Assembly (NCBI GenBank): GCA_965178295.1
Contig: CBCXTT010000002.1
Coordinates: 240,381-304,380 of the forward strand
From: Alphaproteobacteria bacterium
GTDB taxonomy: Bacteria; Pseudomonadota; Alphaproteobacteria; UBA7879
Reading direction: 5' to 3'
Length of the DNA: 64,000 nt
Of this stretch, positions 41,603 through 50,166 are shown piece by piece (positions within the stretch are counted from its first letter, which is position 1; every line of letters starts with the position of its first letter). The notes under the pieces were generated by a model. That model did not search any database. It was given only the letters and a program-made list of their open reading frames with translations, and was not told the origin of the DNA. A program made the position numbers and the translations under genes.

Positions 41603-42071
41603 AGCATTGTTGTTCATCTTTTTTGGCCTTATGTGCGATCAGGTAACAAAATTTTGGGTATTGTGGTTAGCAGCTGCAGGCCACATTCCCGTAATAATTA
41701 CGGATTATTTTCAGCTTGTACTTGTCTGGAATCGTGGTATATCATTTGGCATATTGAACGCCACTTCCTCCACTTGGGTGCATCACATGCTTACATTGTG
41801 TGCTGCGTGCCTGTCGTTGATATTACTGGGTATGCTGTTTCAGAAAAAATGGCGCATGCAACGAGTTCAGCTATCGTGTATTATTGCGGGGGCTATAGGA
41901 AATTTAATTGATAGATTGTACCGTGGTTCTGTAGTAGATTTTTTAGACTTTCACTTTCGTGCATATCACTGGCCTGCCTTTAACGTTGCGGATGCATTAA
42001 TTACGGTTGGCGCTGTCCTCATTTTGTGGCAGAGTATGCGTGAGACGATGCATACAGGTAAAAATTCGTAA
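41583..42071 (+). CDS. lspA: Lipoprotein signal peptidase II
   Basis: DQVTKFW, WNRGISFGIL, GAIGNLIDRL, GSVVDFLDF and FNVAD. The start is set at ATG 41583 and overlaps the ileS end. Confidence 0.9.
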   Translation: MRLTISRALLFIFFGLMCDQVTKFWVLWLAAAGHIPVIITDYFQLVLVWNRGISFGILNATSSTWVHHMLTLCAACLSLILLGMLFQKKWRMQRVQLSCIIAGAIGNLIDRLYRGSVVDFLDFHFRAYHWPAFNVADALITVGAVLILWQSMRETMHTGKNS

Positions 42072-42089
42072 GAAAGATGAGGAAAATTC

Positions 42090-42575
42090 ATGCAAGTACG
42101 GTCTGCCATTTGTTTATTGTCGCTACTATCATTGGCTGGGTGTGACGGACCCAAAAGTCTTTTGATAGCATCCAGGCGTGTGCCAGATGAGTTTGAGGTT
42201 GTACAACGTGCTTCACTTGAGATTCCTCCCGATTTTACATTGCGCCCGCCTATGCCCGGCGCGCCACCAAAGCATTATATGGAAGCCTCGCATGAGGCAA
42301 AAAATGTTGTTTATGACAGTGTGGTGCGGACAAAAAAAGCACGACCAGCGGGGCGTGCGCGAGCAGTCGACACTTTTCTGTCTCAGGCACGGGCCGAAGA
42401 ACGAGACCCAGTGATTCGACAGACCATAATCCAAGAGACGCACGACGCATCAGAGGGTGACGAAAATTTTATGCGTAAGCTAGCATTTTGGAAGAAGAAA
42501 CAAAAAAAAGGTGATGTCATCGACCCAATTGCCGAGAAAGCGCGCTTTGCCGCCCCCTCCAACATAGGCGATTAA
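42090..42575 (+). CDS. DUF3035 lipoprotein
   Basis: Lipobox LSLAGC, then RRVPDEFEVVQRASLEIPPDFTLRPPMPG. The position after lspA is typical for this alphaproteobacterial family. Confidence 0.75.
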   Translation: MQVRSAICLLSLLSLAGCDGPKSLLIASRRVPDEFEVVQRASLEIPPDFTLRPPMPGAPPKHYMEASHEAKNVVYDSVVRTKKARPAGRARAVDTFLSQARAEERDPVIRQTIIQETHDASEGDENFMRKLAFWKKKQKKGDVIDPIAEKARFAAPSNIGD

Positions 42576-43846
42576 TGTATACACAAGATATTAGTGGTTG
42601 CTTTAGCGACAAAGAAGGGAAAAATGCTCCTACGGAAAAAGATATAGAGCGTTTTTTCCCAGCCCTGGAACAGAGCTTAGTTAAGCTAAAAATCCAGCAT
42701 AATAAAGAACATTTTCCACATTTTACATTGCCGTATGTGCGCAAAGATTTACAGGATATAGAATCGCTTGTTTGTAAGATTCAGGATGAGTTTTCAGATA
42801 TTATTATCTTGGGAACGGGCGGCTCTAGTTTAGGTGCGCAAACAGTATGTGCGCTGTCCAAAGGGTCTGATGTGCGTTTGCACTTTATGGACAATGTTGA
42901 TCCTAAAACTTTTGAGGCGCTATTCGCACAAGTAGTATGTAAGTCTACCGCGGTTCTTGCAGTATCCAAATCAGGAGAAACAGCGGAGACGTTGGTACAG
43001 CTTTTGATATGTATTGAGCGCTGGCTGTTGTATGCAGACGAAAGAACTATTTCCAGTAAATTTTTTGTTATTACGGAAGATAAAAAGTCTTCGATACGCG
43101 TGATAGCAGAAAAATGGAAAATGACATGTTTGCCGCATGACCCCAATTTAGGTGGGCGCTTTTCTGTTTTTTCTCTTGTCGGTCTCTTACCGGCTATGAT
43201 TGCAGGTATTGATGTGCTGGCGTTACGAGAAGGAGCTGCATATAGCTTGGAATGCGCTTTGAATCAGCCAGTCTCTGAGAACTGTCCAGCACTTGGTGCA
43301 GCGCTGACGGCGAGTATAAAGTTATGTCGTGTGTCTGTAATGATGCCTTATGTGGATCAACTACAGTATTTTTCTCAATGGTACAGGCAGATTTGGGCAG
43401 AAAGTTTGGGAAAAGACGGTAAGGGGACGGTCCCTATAAATGCACATGGTACCGTCGATCAACACAGTCAACTGCAACTGTATTTAGATGGACCTAAGGA
43501 TAAATTTTTTACTCTCATCGCGAACAAAGGAGGGCCCTCTTTTCCTATTAATCCAGATTTTTTAATAGACAGTAGATTGAATTACCTGCGGGGACGGAGT
43601 ATGAGAGATCTCTTGTGGGCAGAATTTCAAGCAACTGTGGAGACACTAATCCACAACCACTGTCCAACACGCACTATTGTTTTTGATCAATTGGACGAGT
43701 ATGGTCTCGGCGGCTTGTTGATGCACTTTGTGTTGGAAACTCTTTTAATGGCAGATATTTGGGATGTGAATCCTTTTGACCAACCGGCGGTAGAAGCAGG
43801 AAAGATTCTTACAAAAGAGTATTTGTTGACTATGGCGCATAGGTAG
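42575..43846 (+). CDS. pgi: Glucose-6-phosphate isomerase (short form)
   Basis: 423 aa with ILGTGGSSLGA, VSKSGETAET, GGRFSVFS and GTVDQHSQLQLYLDGP. Confidence 0.9.
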   Translation: MYTQDISGCFSDKEGKNAPTEKDIERFFPALEQSLVKLKIQHNKEHFPHFTLPYVRKDLQDIESLVCKIQDEFSDIIILGTGGSSLGAQTVCALSKGSDVRLHFMDNVDPKTFEALFAQVVCKSTAVLAVSKSGETAETLVQLLICIERWLLYADERTISSKFFVITEDKKSSIRVIAEKWKMTCLPHDPNLGGRFSVFSLVGLLPAMIAGIDVLALREGAAYSLECALNQPVSENCPALGAALTASIKLCRVSVMMPYVDQLQYFSQWYRQIWAESLGKDGKGTVPINAHGTVDQHSQLQLYLDGPKDKFFTLIANKGGPSFPINPDFLIDSRLNYLRGRSMRDLLWAEFQATVETLIHNHCPTRTIVFDQLDEYGLGGLLMHFVLETLLMADIWDVNPFDQPAVEAGKILTKEYLLTMAHR

Positions 43847-44078
43847 TAACATGCACCTCTCCCCCCTAGCGGAGTCCGTACAATGTTTGACGGTTTAAGG
43901 TATGGAGTGTTCTGAGGCTACTATAGAAGAAGAGGCGCAAGGGGAAGTTGTAGACTTGTAATGTGATGGCTAGGAAGCCGTTATAGATCTTCAGAACAAT
44001 AAAAGCATTAGAGCGCGGCAGTTGCTCATTATGTGGTCAAATGTCACGCAACTTCTCTGTTGCTGGATGCAGGTATAT

Positions 44079-44420
44079 TCAATATACAGAGATGCCTGAG
44101 TGCAGGAGAGACGTTTTGTGCCAGTATGGATTGCATGAAGAAATGTTGATTGGTATTTTGCGCAACACATTGAGACTGTTATGTTGTCCAGCAAGAGACA
44201 CAGGATTTTTCAGATACGGCTTGTCTGCTACACATAAGATCTGGGGTGTGGAGCGGACGATACTCACTTTACTCTCATGCACAATGTCCAGAGTTTTTTC
44301 TTCTATGGCATGCCATAGAAGGTATACGCACATGGTTAATAGAAGCAGTGCATTCTCTTTTTCCAACCATAGTAGAAAGAGCATGTATTCGTCGTTAGAG
44401 TTCAGAAGTAACGATTTAAT
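44079..44420 (-). pseudogene. Possible degenerate rlmH (23S rRNA m3-pseudouridine methyltransferase) remnant
   Basis: The minus ORF 44079..44510 lies exactly where rlmH follows rsfS. KVSIVRSTPQIL compares with KLSLSkMTfPHQL, and RKIPINISSCNPYWHK compares with YRAfsIi.nHPYHk. The GG SAM-binding loop (LLLLTMCVY) and about 50 N-terminal residues are missing, and the ORF's 5' end overlaps rsfS. Confidence 0.35.
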
Positions 44421-44778
44421 CATTTTGGGGAAATTGCCCTGGACATTCAGCATTCCACATTCCTTCAAGATTGTAGACAGTGCGTACGTCCGGTGTGAAA
44501 ATATGGACAATAACGTTTCCTAAGTCTAGAAGCATCCAATCGCTGTCTTCATTGCCTTCAATAGAAAGAATCGGGTGCCCTTCTTCTTTAGCGCGTGTAC
44601 GCACATGTTCACACAGTGCATGTACATGACGGCGACTGGTTCCAGAGGCAAGAACAATGTAATCTGCAAAGGAAGACTTCCTGCCAATATCGATGGATGC
44701 AATATCCATACCCTTATTTGTGTTTAAAGTTTCTTCCACGAGTTGGCATAACTGTGTCTTCCAAGCGCGATTCTCCAT
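44416..44778 (-). CDS. rsfS: Ribosome silencing factor RsfS (iojap)
   Basis: 120 aa with FADYIVLASGTSRRHVHAL and WMLLDLGNVIVHIFTPDVRTVYNLEGMW. Confidence 0.9.
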   Translation of the reverse strand: MENRAWKTQLCQLVEETLNTNKGMDIASIDIGRKSSFADYIVLASGTSRRHVHALCEHVRTRAKEEGHPILSIEGNEDSDWMLLDLGNVIVHIFTPDVRTVYNLEGMWNAECPGQFPQND

Positions 44779-44937
44779 TAGGGATATTTTCCTAGTGATT
44801 TTGGACCTCTTTGAATCATCTGACTCTTACCCCTATGTTAGCGACATTGCTCTATGGGATGCAAGACTATTTTTCCTGGCATATTTAACAAAAGTATCGT
44901 ATTAATAATACTAATAACTTCTGAGTTAGTAGCATTG

Positions 44938-47175
44938 ATGGCATATTCAAATCAAGTAAAAAAAAATTTTTTACCAGAAGCATTTAAAAAATTTCTTAAA
45001 CACCGTACGATAGAGCTTTTAGGTATTGGGCTGGGATGCCTCTCGCTCGTTCTTTTTGTAAGTTTTTTTTCATACCACCCACAAGACATTTCTCTTAATA
45101 CAGAGACGTCAGGTGACACTCTGAATATCCTGTCTGCGCCAGGCGCATATGCATCTGATTTTATGGTTCAATTTTTAGGTATCAGCAGCTTGAGTATACC
45201 CTTGATACTTGTTTTTTGGAGCAGAGAAGTTTTTCTGGATAAAACGCTAAAGTCTTTTTGGATAAGATTTGTAGGTTTGCTGCTCTCCAGCTTATTTTGC
45301 GCTCTTGCTTGTACTCCCCTGACGTTTATAGAGCGTTGGCTGCCGATCCTGCATCCAGGCGGACTTCTAGGCCTTATTCTCAGTGAGGAGTTAATGAGCT
45401 TCATGCCTGTATCGCTGTCATCTTGGTGGTGGGTTGTGATAGCCGCTATAGGTGCCTTTGTCTTCTTTACCTTTTCCAGTGGTATTCGCTGGGTGACCTG
45501 GCGTACTATTATAATGCAATGTGTCTCAGCAATTCGCTGGGGACTGCAATTTATTTTTGCGAGTTTTGAAAAAAAAACGCCCCTAGAGACCGTGACCATT
45601 GAGGGGAAACGTTTTGCCTCTTCAGAGAACGCAAGACAACCTACTATGTGTGTGAAAAAATTAGCACCCAAAAGACCGGATGATGCATGTAAAGGGGGAT
45701 ATAGGGTCCCATCTCTTGATTTTTTGCACAAACCAGATGCACAGAAAAAAAATGTCAACATGGAACAATTGCAACAAAACACAGAATCTTTAGCACGCGT
45801 TCTGGAAGATTTTGGAGTGCGCGGGGAAGTGATTGGAGCCAATCCTGGTCCAGTAGTTGTATTGTATAAACTCCATCCCGCCCCAGGCATTAAGTCTTCG
45901 CGTGTTATTGGACTATCAGATGATATTGCGCGCTCCATGAGTGCAGTGGCAGCACGCATAGCTGTTGTGCCAGGAGAAAACATGATCGGTATTGAATTGC
46001 CCAACCAAAAGCGTCAGGTGGTATATTTGAGGGAATTGTTATCTCACAGTGCTTTTTCACAAACAAAAATGGCCCTTCCTATGGCTCTTGGTAAAAGCAT
46101 TAGTGGTAATCCTGTGATTGCGGATCTTGCGCGTATGCCGCACCTCTTGGTTGCGGGCACAACAGGCTCTGGTAAATCTGTTTCTGTGAACACTATGATT
46201 CTTTCATTACTGTATAATCTCACACCTAAGCAATGCCGCTTTATCATGATTGACCCAAAGATGTTAGAGTTATCCATGTACGATGGCATTCCACATCTTT
46301 TAACACCAGTTGTGACTGATCCCATGAAGGCTGTGGCGGCGCTCAAATGGGCAGTGCGTGAAATGGAGCATCGTTATCAGAATATGTCAAAATTGCGGGT
46401 ACGTAATATTGATGGATACAATCAACGTGTTGTGGAAGCCAAGGAAAATGGGGAAACAATTACGCGACGTGTGCAAACCGGGTTTGATGCAGAGACCGGA
46501 CGCCCTACTTTTGAAGAGCAAGAGATGGAGACAGAGGAACTCCCTTATATTGTTATTATTATTGATGAAATGGCTGACCTGATGCTTGTGTCTGGCAAGG
46601 ATATAGAAGCAACTGTGCAGCGTTTGGCGCAAATGGCTCGTGCTGCAGGGATTCATTTGATCATGGCTACACAGCGGCCTTCTGTTGATGTTATTACCGG
46701 GACAATTAAGGCAAACTTTCCCATACGTATTAGTTTTCAAGTAACATCAAAAATTGATAGCCGTACTATTTTGGGCGAACAGGGTGCGGAGCAATTACTC
46801 GGTCAAGGAGATATGTTGTATATGGCCTCTGGTGGGCGTATGACACGTGTGCATGGTCCGTTTGTAGGCGAGGACGAGGTTGAAAGGATTGTGCAATTTT
46901 TGAAAACACAAGGTACCCCATCATACATTGAAGAAGTGACACACGATACCGAGAATGGAGACATTGTTGGTGCGGGAGGGGCTGACAAAGATCCGCTGTA
47001 TTGCCAAGCACTTGAGCTAATGTTGTCTGAGCAAAAGGCGTCTACAAGTTTTGTTCAGCGTCATTTAAAGATTGGATACAATAGGGCCGCACGCTTGATC
47101 GACCAGATGGAGGCAAATGGTGTGATTAGTGCGGCTAACCACGTGGGGAGACGTACAATCCTTGTGGATAGTTAA
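44938..47175 (+). CDS. ftsK: DNA translocase FtsK
   Basis: N-terminal TM segments, Walker A GTTGSGKSV, IIIDEMADLM, AAGIHLIMATQRPSV and a gamma-domain wHTH ASTSFVQRHLKIGYNRAARLIDQME. I prefer ATG 44938 as start; the ORF track begins at 44854. Confidence 0.95.
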   Translation: MAYSNQVKKNFLPEAFKKFLKHRTIELLGIGLGCLSLVLFVSFFSYHPQDISLNTETSGDTLNILSAPGAYASDFMVQFLGISSLSIPLILVFWSREVFLDKTLKSFWIRFVGLLLSSLFCALACTPLTFIERWLPILHPGGLLGLILSEELMSFMPVSLSSWWWVVIAAIGAFVFFTFSSGIRWVTWRTIIMQCVSAIRWGLQFIFASFEKKTPLETVTIEGKRFASSENARQPTMCVKKLAPKRPDDACKGGYRVPSLDFLHKPDAQKKNVNMEQLQQNTESLARVLEDFGVRGEVIGANPGPVVVLYKLHPAPGIKSSRVIGLSDDIARSMSAVAARIAVVPGENMIGIELPNQKRQVVYLRELLSHSAFSQTKMALPMALGKSISGNPVIADLARMPHLLVAGTTGSGKSVSVNTMILSLLYNLTPKQCRFIMIDPKMLELSMYDGIPHLLTPVVTDPMKAVAALKWAVREMEHRYQNMSKLRVRNIDGYNQRVVEAKENGETITRRVQTGFDAETGRPTFEEQEMETEELPYIVIIIDEMADLMLVSGKDIEATVQRLAQMARAAGIHLIMATQRPSVDVITGTIKANFPIRISFQVTSKIDSRTILGEQGAEQLLGQGDMLYMASGGRMTRVHGPFVGEDEVERIVQFLKTQGTPSYIEEVTHDTENGDIVGAGGADKDPLYCQALELMLSEQKASTSFVQRHLKIGYNRAARLIDQMEANGVISAANHVGRRTILVDS

Positions 47176-47491
47176 GAATTTCTCTTATGATTGTACATAT
47201 AATAAAAAATATTACAGAGAGATTAAGAAGAAAAATAGTGTGAACGTGTTATTTTCACTTTTTGTCTTGACAGAAATTCGTGTATTTAACGTTGCATTAG
47301 GCTCTTATTTCTAGAGCTACTAAAGCCCCCTTGATTCTCCCCTTAGAAGAATGCCGCACTATGCATTATCGGATAATGCAATGATTACGTATTTTGAGGA
47401 TCTTGCTTACATGCATAGGGGCTCCATCCCTCCTTCTTCCGGAGAATTTTTGTGTCTCCCTGCTGTGGCATATACCCCCGCCACCAGCAAT

Positions 47492-47527
47492 AAAAAAGCG
47501 CCCAAATCCAAAGTGAGGCGCTTTTTT
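47492..47527. terminator. Bidirectional intrinsic-terminator-like hairpin
   Basis: AAAAAAGCGCC-caaatccaaagtga-GGCGCTTTTTT. It lies 12 nt downstream of the minus-strand PPIase stop (47539), with T6 following the stem in both orientations. Confidence 0.6.
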
Positions 47528-47538
47528 AAAGGAAACAC

Positions 47539-48384
47539 TTATTTTTCTTTTGTAGTTTTTTCGACTGGCTTTCCTAGCATATCAAACACCTTGACTTTTA
47601 CTTCTCTTTTTAAGTCGTCAACATACTTAAGTAATGCTTCTTGTGTTTTCATAAGGCGAAGTTGTGGCGCTGCTTCTTCAAATTTAGGTGGTTTGGACAT
47701 ACGACTTTCTACGGGCTTCAAAATGTGATATCCGAAGGAAGACTTAATAGGCTTCCGGCCAAAACTACCTGGTTTTAGCGTAATGATAGCTTCTGCAAAC
47801 TCTGGGCCTGCAATCTCTTTTGCTTGGTCTTTTGTGATAAAGTACCCAAGATCCCCACCACGTTGCTTGCTTGTCTGGTCTTGAGAGTGTTTTTTAGCCA
47901 GTTCTGAGAAATCAGCGCCTTTTTCAAGCTTGCCGATGATTTCTTTTGCCTCATCTTCGCTTTGAACGAGAATATGATGTGCGCGAATTTCTTTTTTCTT
48001 TTTAAAGTTCTTCATAAGCTCTGTAAAGAGTTGCATAAGTTCTTCATCTGTAACCATTTTTTCTAGCTGGCGATCAATAAAGATTTTTGCTTTTGAAGCC
48101 TCTAGACACCGCTCTGCTGATTTTTTGACTTCTGGATCATTTTCAAGGTCAGATGCTTTCACTTCTTTTTCAATCAAAGATTCCGCGATAAGTTGGTCGC
48201 GCAAACCATCAAACACTTGCTCAAGCGCAACATTTTGCAACTCAGGAATCATATTCTTTCGTGCAAGAACCTCACCAATATGTATGGATTTTCCATTTAC
48301 AATGGCAACCACAACTGGTTCATCGGCAGATATAATTTGGGGTAATAGGCTTAGAAAAATAGCCAGTGTGAATAGGTATTTCAT
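47539..48384 (-). CDS. Parvulin-type peptidyl-prolyl isomerase (SurA/PrsA-like, periplasmic)
   Basis: Signal peptide and a PpiC domain RAHHILVQSEDEAKEIIGKLEKGADFSELAKKHSQD...GGDLGYF...SSFGYHILK. Confidence 0.85.
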   Translation of the reverse strand: MKYLFTLAIFLSLLPQIISADEPVVVAIVNGKSIHIGEVLARKNMIPELQNVALEQVFDGLRDQLIAESLIEKEVKASDLENDPEVKKSAERCLEASKAKIFIDRQLEKMVTDEELMQLFTELMKNFKKKKEIRAHHILVQSEDEAKEIIGKLEKGADFSELAKKHSQDQTSKQRGGDLGYFITKDQAKEIAGPEFAEAIITLKPGSFGRKPIKSSFGYHILKPVESRMSKPPKFEEAAPQLRLMKTQEALLKYVDDLKREVKVKVFDMLGKPVEKTTKEK

Positions 48385-48814
48385 TTTGATCCTCTCCTAA
48401 CAATAACACTGCTCCATATAGTGCATGGATTTTTTAGAAAGTACAAGAAAAAACCCGTATTTTCTTTTGTTGGTTGGATGCCGCAAGATAAGGACGCGCA
48501 TGCATGTCATATGCTTTGTACGCTCAATCCACAGAATGGTTTTTCATCGCATATCAAGCTATGCTTACATCAAGTTTATATGATCCCAGACAATATCTGT
48601 AAGGCGCTGCTGCATATTATTGTATCATTGTTTCAGGATTGAGATCCCTTTACCGATATCAAGTGTTTGCGTTGTAATGTTCTAGAGGGGAGGGAGAGCA
48701 CACTCCCCTTATTTGGCATTCCTTATTCACACGTATGAGCCTTGCTATTAATGTGACGTGCAATTCTTACCTCTGATCTTGCCTCAAAACTATAATCTAT
48801 ATGTGACATATATA

Positions 48815-49201
48815 TTAAAAGTTAGTGCAGCTTGAGACCCATATATCGTAGACAGGATGATCAAGAGCAGAAACAGCGGGGCTTGATGACAACATCCAGG
48901 TACTGAATATTTTTTTATTGTTTCCACCAACTGGTTTCTCCCATACCTCTAAAAAAGCAGTAGATTCCGGATCACTATCCTCGAGGGACTGATCGCATGC
49001 CCGCGGTATGATGGTGAGTGTTCCAAACGTAACAGGCTGATGGATTTGTGCGTCAATGCTGAAAACGCGCCCTGTTGTCTTGTCAAGACCCTGAAGGCTC
49101 ACTCCTTTTGCAAGACGGGCGTCGCACGCAAACGTCCAACATAGTAGAAAAAGAAATTTAAGCGCTGGCGTCAGCGCCCTTGTTAAAAATAAGCTGACCA
49201 A
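48815..49201 (-). CDS. DUF2155 protein
   Basis: LQGLDKTTGRVFSIDAQIHQPVTFGTLTIIPRACDQS...TAFLEVWEK, next to mlaD and the NDUFA12-like gene as in many alphaproteobacteria. Confidence 0.75.
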   Translation of the reverse strand: MVSLFLTRALTPALKFLFLLCWTFACDARLAKGVSLQGLDKTTGRVFSIDAQIHQPVTFGTLTIIPRACDQSLEDSDPESTAFLEVWEKPVGGNNKKIFSTWMLSSSPAVSALDHPVYDIWVSSCTNF

Positions 49202-49613
49202 TTAGTGACTCCATATTTACAGCCGATTGCGTATATTCAACAATGTCTCCATTGTTAAGAAACTCCGGATTTCCACCAGGTGTGATGTCTAGAAATTTTC
49301 CACCTAAAAGACTCTCGCTTGCAACCGTAATAGAACTGTCTTTCGGTAGCCGCACTTGTGAAGCCATATCTAGTGTCACAACAGCCATGTATGTTTCAGG
49401 GTCTAGTTCTTGTTTTACAACCTTGCCAACTTTTATTCCACTTATCTTGACATCACTTCCAGTGACGAGTCCGTCGATCCTGTCAAATTTTGCCATCAGT
49501 GCATAGCCGGTTTTCTCGCTACGGTTGTCATATATGTACGCATAAGTTAAAAGGAACAGAGCGCCCAAAAGTACCCCAAATCCAACAAGTATTTCAACAA
49601 TATTTGATCGCAT
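49158..49613 (-). CDS. mlaD: Outer membrane lipid asymmetry protein MlaD (MCE domain)
   Basis: 151 aa with an N-terminal TM segment and an MCE core FDRIDGLVTGSDVKISGIKVGKV. Confidence 0.85.
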   Translation of the reverse strand: MRSNIVEILVGFGVLLGALFLLTYAYIYDNRSEKTGYALMAKFDRIDGLVTGSDVKISGIKVGKVVKQELDPETYMAVVTLDMASQVRLPKDSSITVASESLLGGKFLDITPGGNPEFLNNGDIVEYTQSAVNMESLIGQLIFNKGADASA

Positions 49614-49627
49614 TTTTCACCTTAAGT

Positions 49628-49993
49628 TCAGGATTGTGGGGACCATGGCTCGTAGGGGAGTGTCTCTAGCATGTTTGAGTGTGCTTTGTAAGCATATGAT
49701 GTACCCGAAATATTAGAAAAAGGTGGGCGTTCCCAACCATAACGTTTTTCTACTGGCGTATTGTTGACTGTGTGGTGTAGCCACGCATTCCACAGTGGCG
49801 GAACTTTAGATCCCTCTGGTGTCCCCTTGTATATAACCCAGCGCTTTTTACAAGCATCTTCATAGTAATGATTGTTGTAGCCATCCTGCCCTGCGCACTG
49901 GCATACTCCTAATATCAATTTAATTTCTGTGACGAATTTTTCTATAGGCACTCGCATACATGAAATTGACGCATAAATACTCTGCACATGCAA
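49628..49993 (-). CDS. NADH:ubiquinone oxidoreductase subunit NDUFA12-like protein
   Basis: GQDGYNNHYYE...KRWVIYKGTPEGSKVPPLWNAWLHHTV matches the NDUFA12 signature. The true start may be an internal Met. Confidence 0.8.
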   Translation of the reverse strand: MHVQSIYASISCMRVPIEKFVTEIKLILGVCQCAGQDGYNNHYYEDACKKRWVIYKGTPEGSKVPPLWNAWLHHTVNNTPVEKRYGWERPPFSNISGTSYAYKAHSNMLETLPYEPWSPQS

Positions 49994-50010
49994 GTTATTT
50001 TTTGTATTTT

Positions 50011-50026
50011 TCTACTTGTACAAGTA
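50011..50026. promoter_or_regulatory. Perfect 16-bp palindrome CTACTTGTACAAGTAG in the divergent promoter region
   Basis: Read directly. It is flanked by T5 on the left and A7 on the right, and lies between the NDUFA12-like start (49993, minus) and nrdJ (50167, plus). Confidence 0.5.
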
Positions 50027-50045
50027 GAAAAAAACGCGTACAAGT

Positions 50046-50092
50046 AATCCACATATTGTTGTTCGCATAATTAAGAATACCATATATTGTGT
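50046..50092. promoter_or_regulatory. Two NrdR-box-like sites 31 bp apart
   Basis: ATACCATATATTGTGT (50077-50092) matches 14 of 16 positions of the remembered NrdR box acaCwAtATaTwGtgt. AATCCACATATTGTTG (50046-50061) matches 10 of 16. The 31-bp phasing and the position upstream of an RNR gene fit the known architecture. Confidence 0.5.
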
Positions 50093-50166
50093 ATCCTATA
50101 GTTTTATGCGAGAGAATTAAGTCTTCTACAATAGAGCATGTAATACCTAAACCTTGGGGAAAATTT

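Noticed and set aside
45168-46004. 278-aa ORF antisense to ftsK. Similar long antisense or shadow ORFs occur elsewhere, e.g. 5653..6186 in uvrA, 50769..51233 and 52152..52553 in nrdJ, and 35770..36129 in the nhaC-like gene.
   Set aside because: All are embedded in strongly supported genes on the opposite strand or in another frame, and none has a recognisable motif. They are typical shadow ORFs.
50011-50033. Palindrome CTACTTGTACAAGTAG plus an A-run considered as an intrinsic terminator
   Set aside because: It lies upstream of both flanking genes, which are divergent, and in neither orientation is the stem followed by a U-run. I kept it as a possible operator instead.
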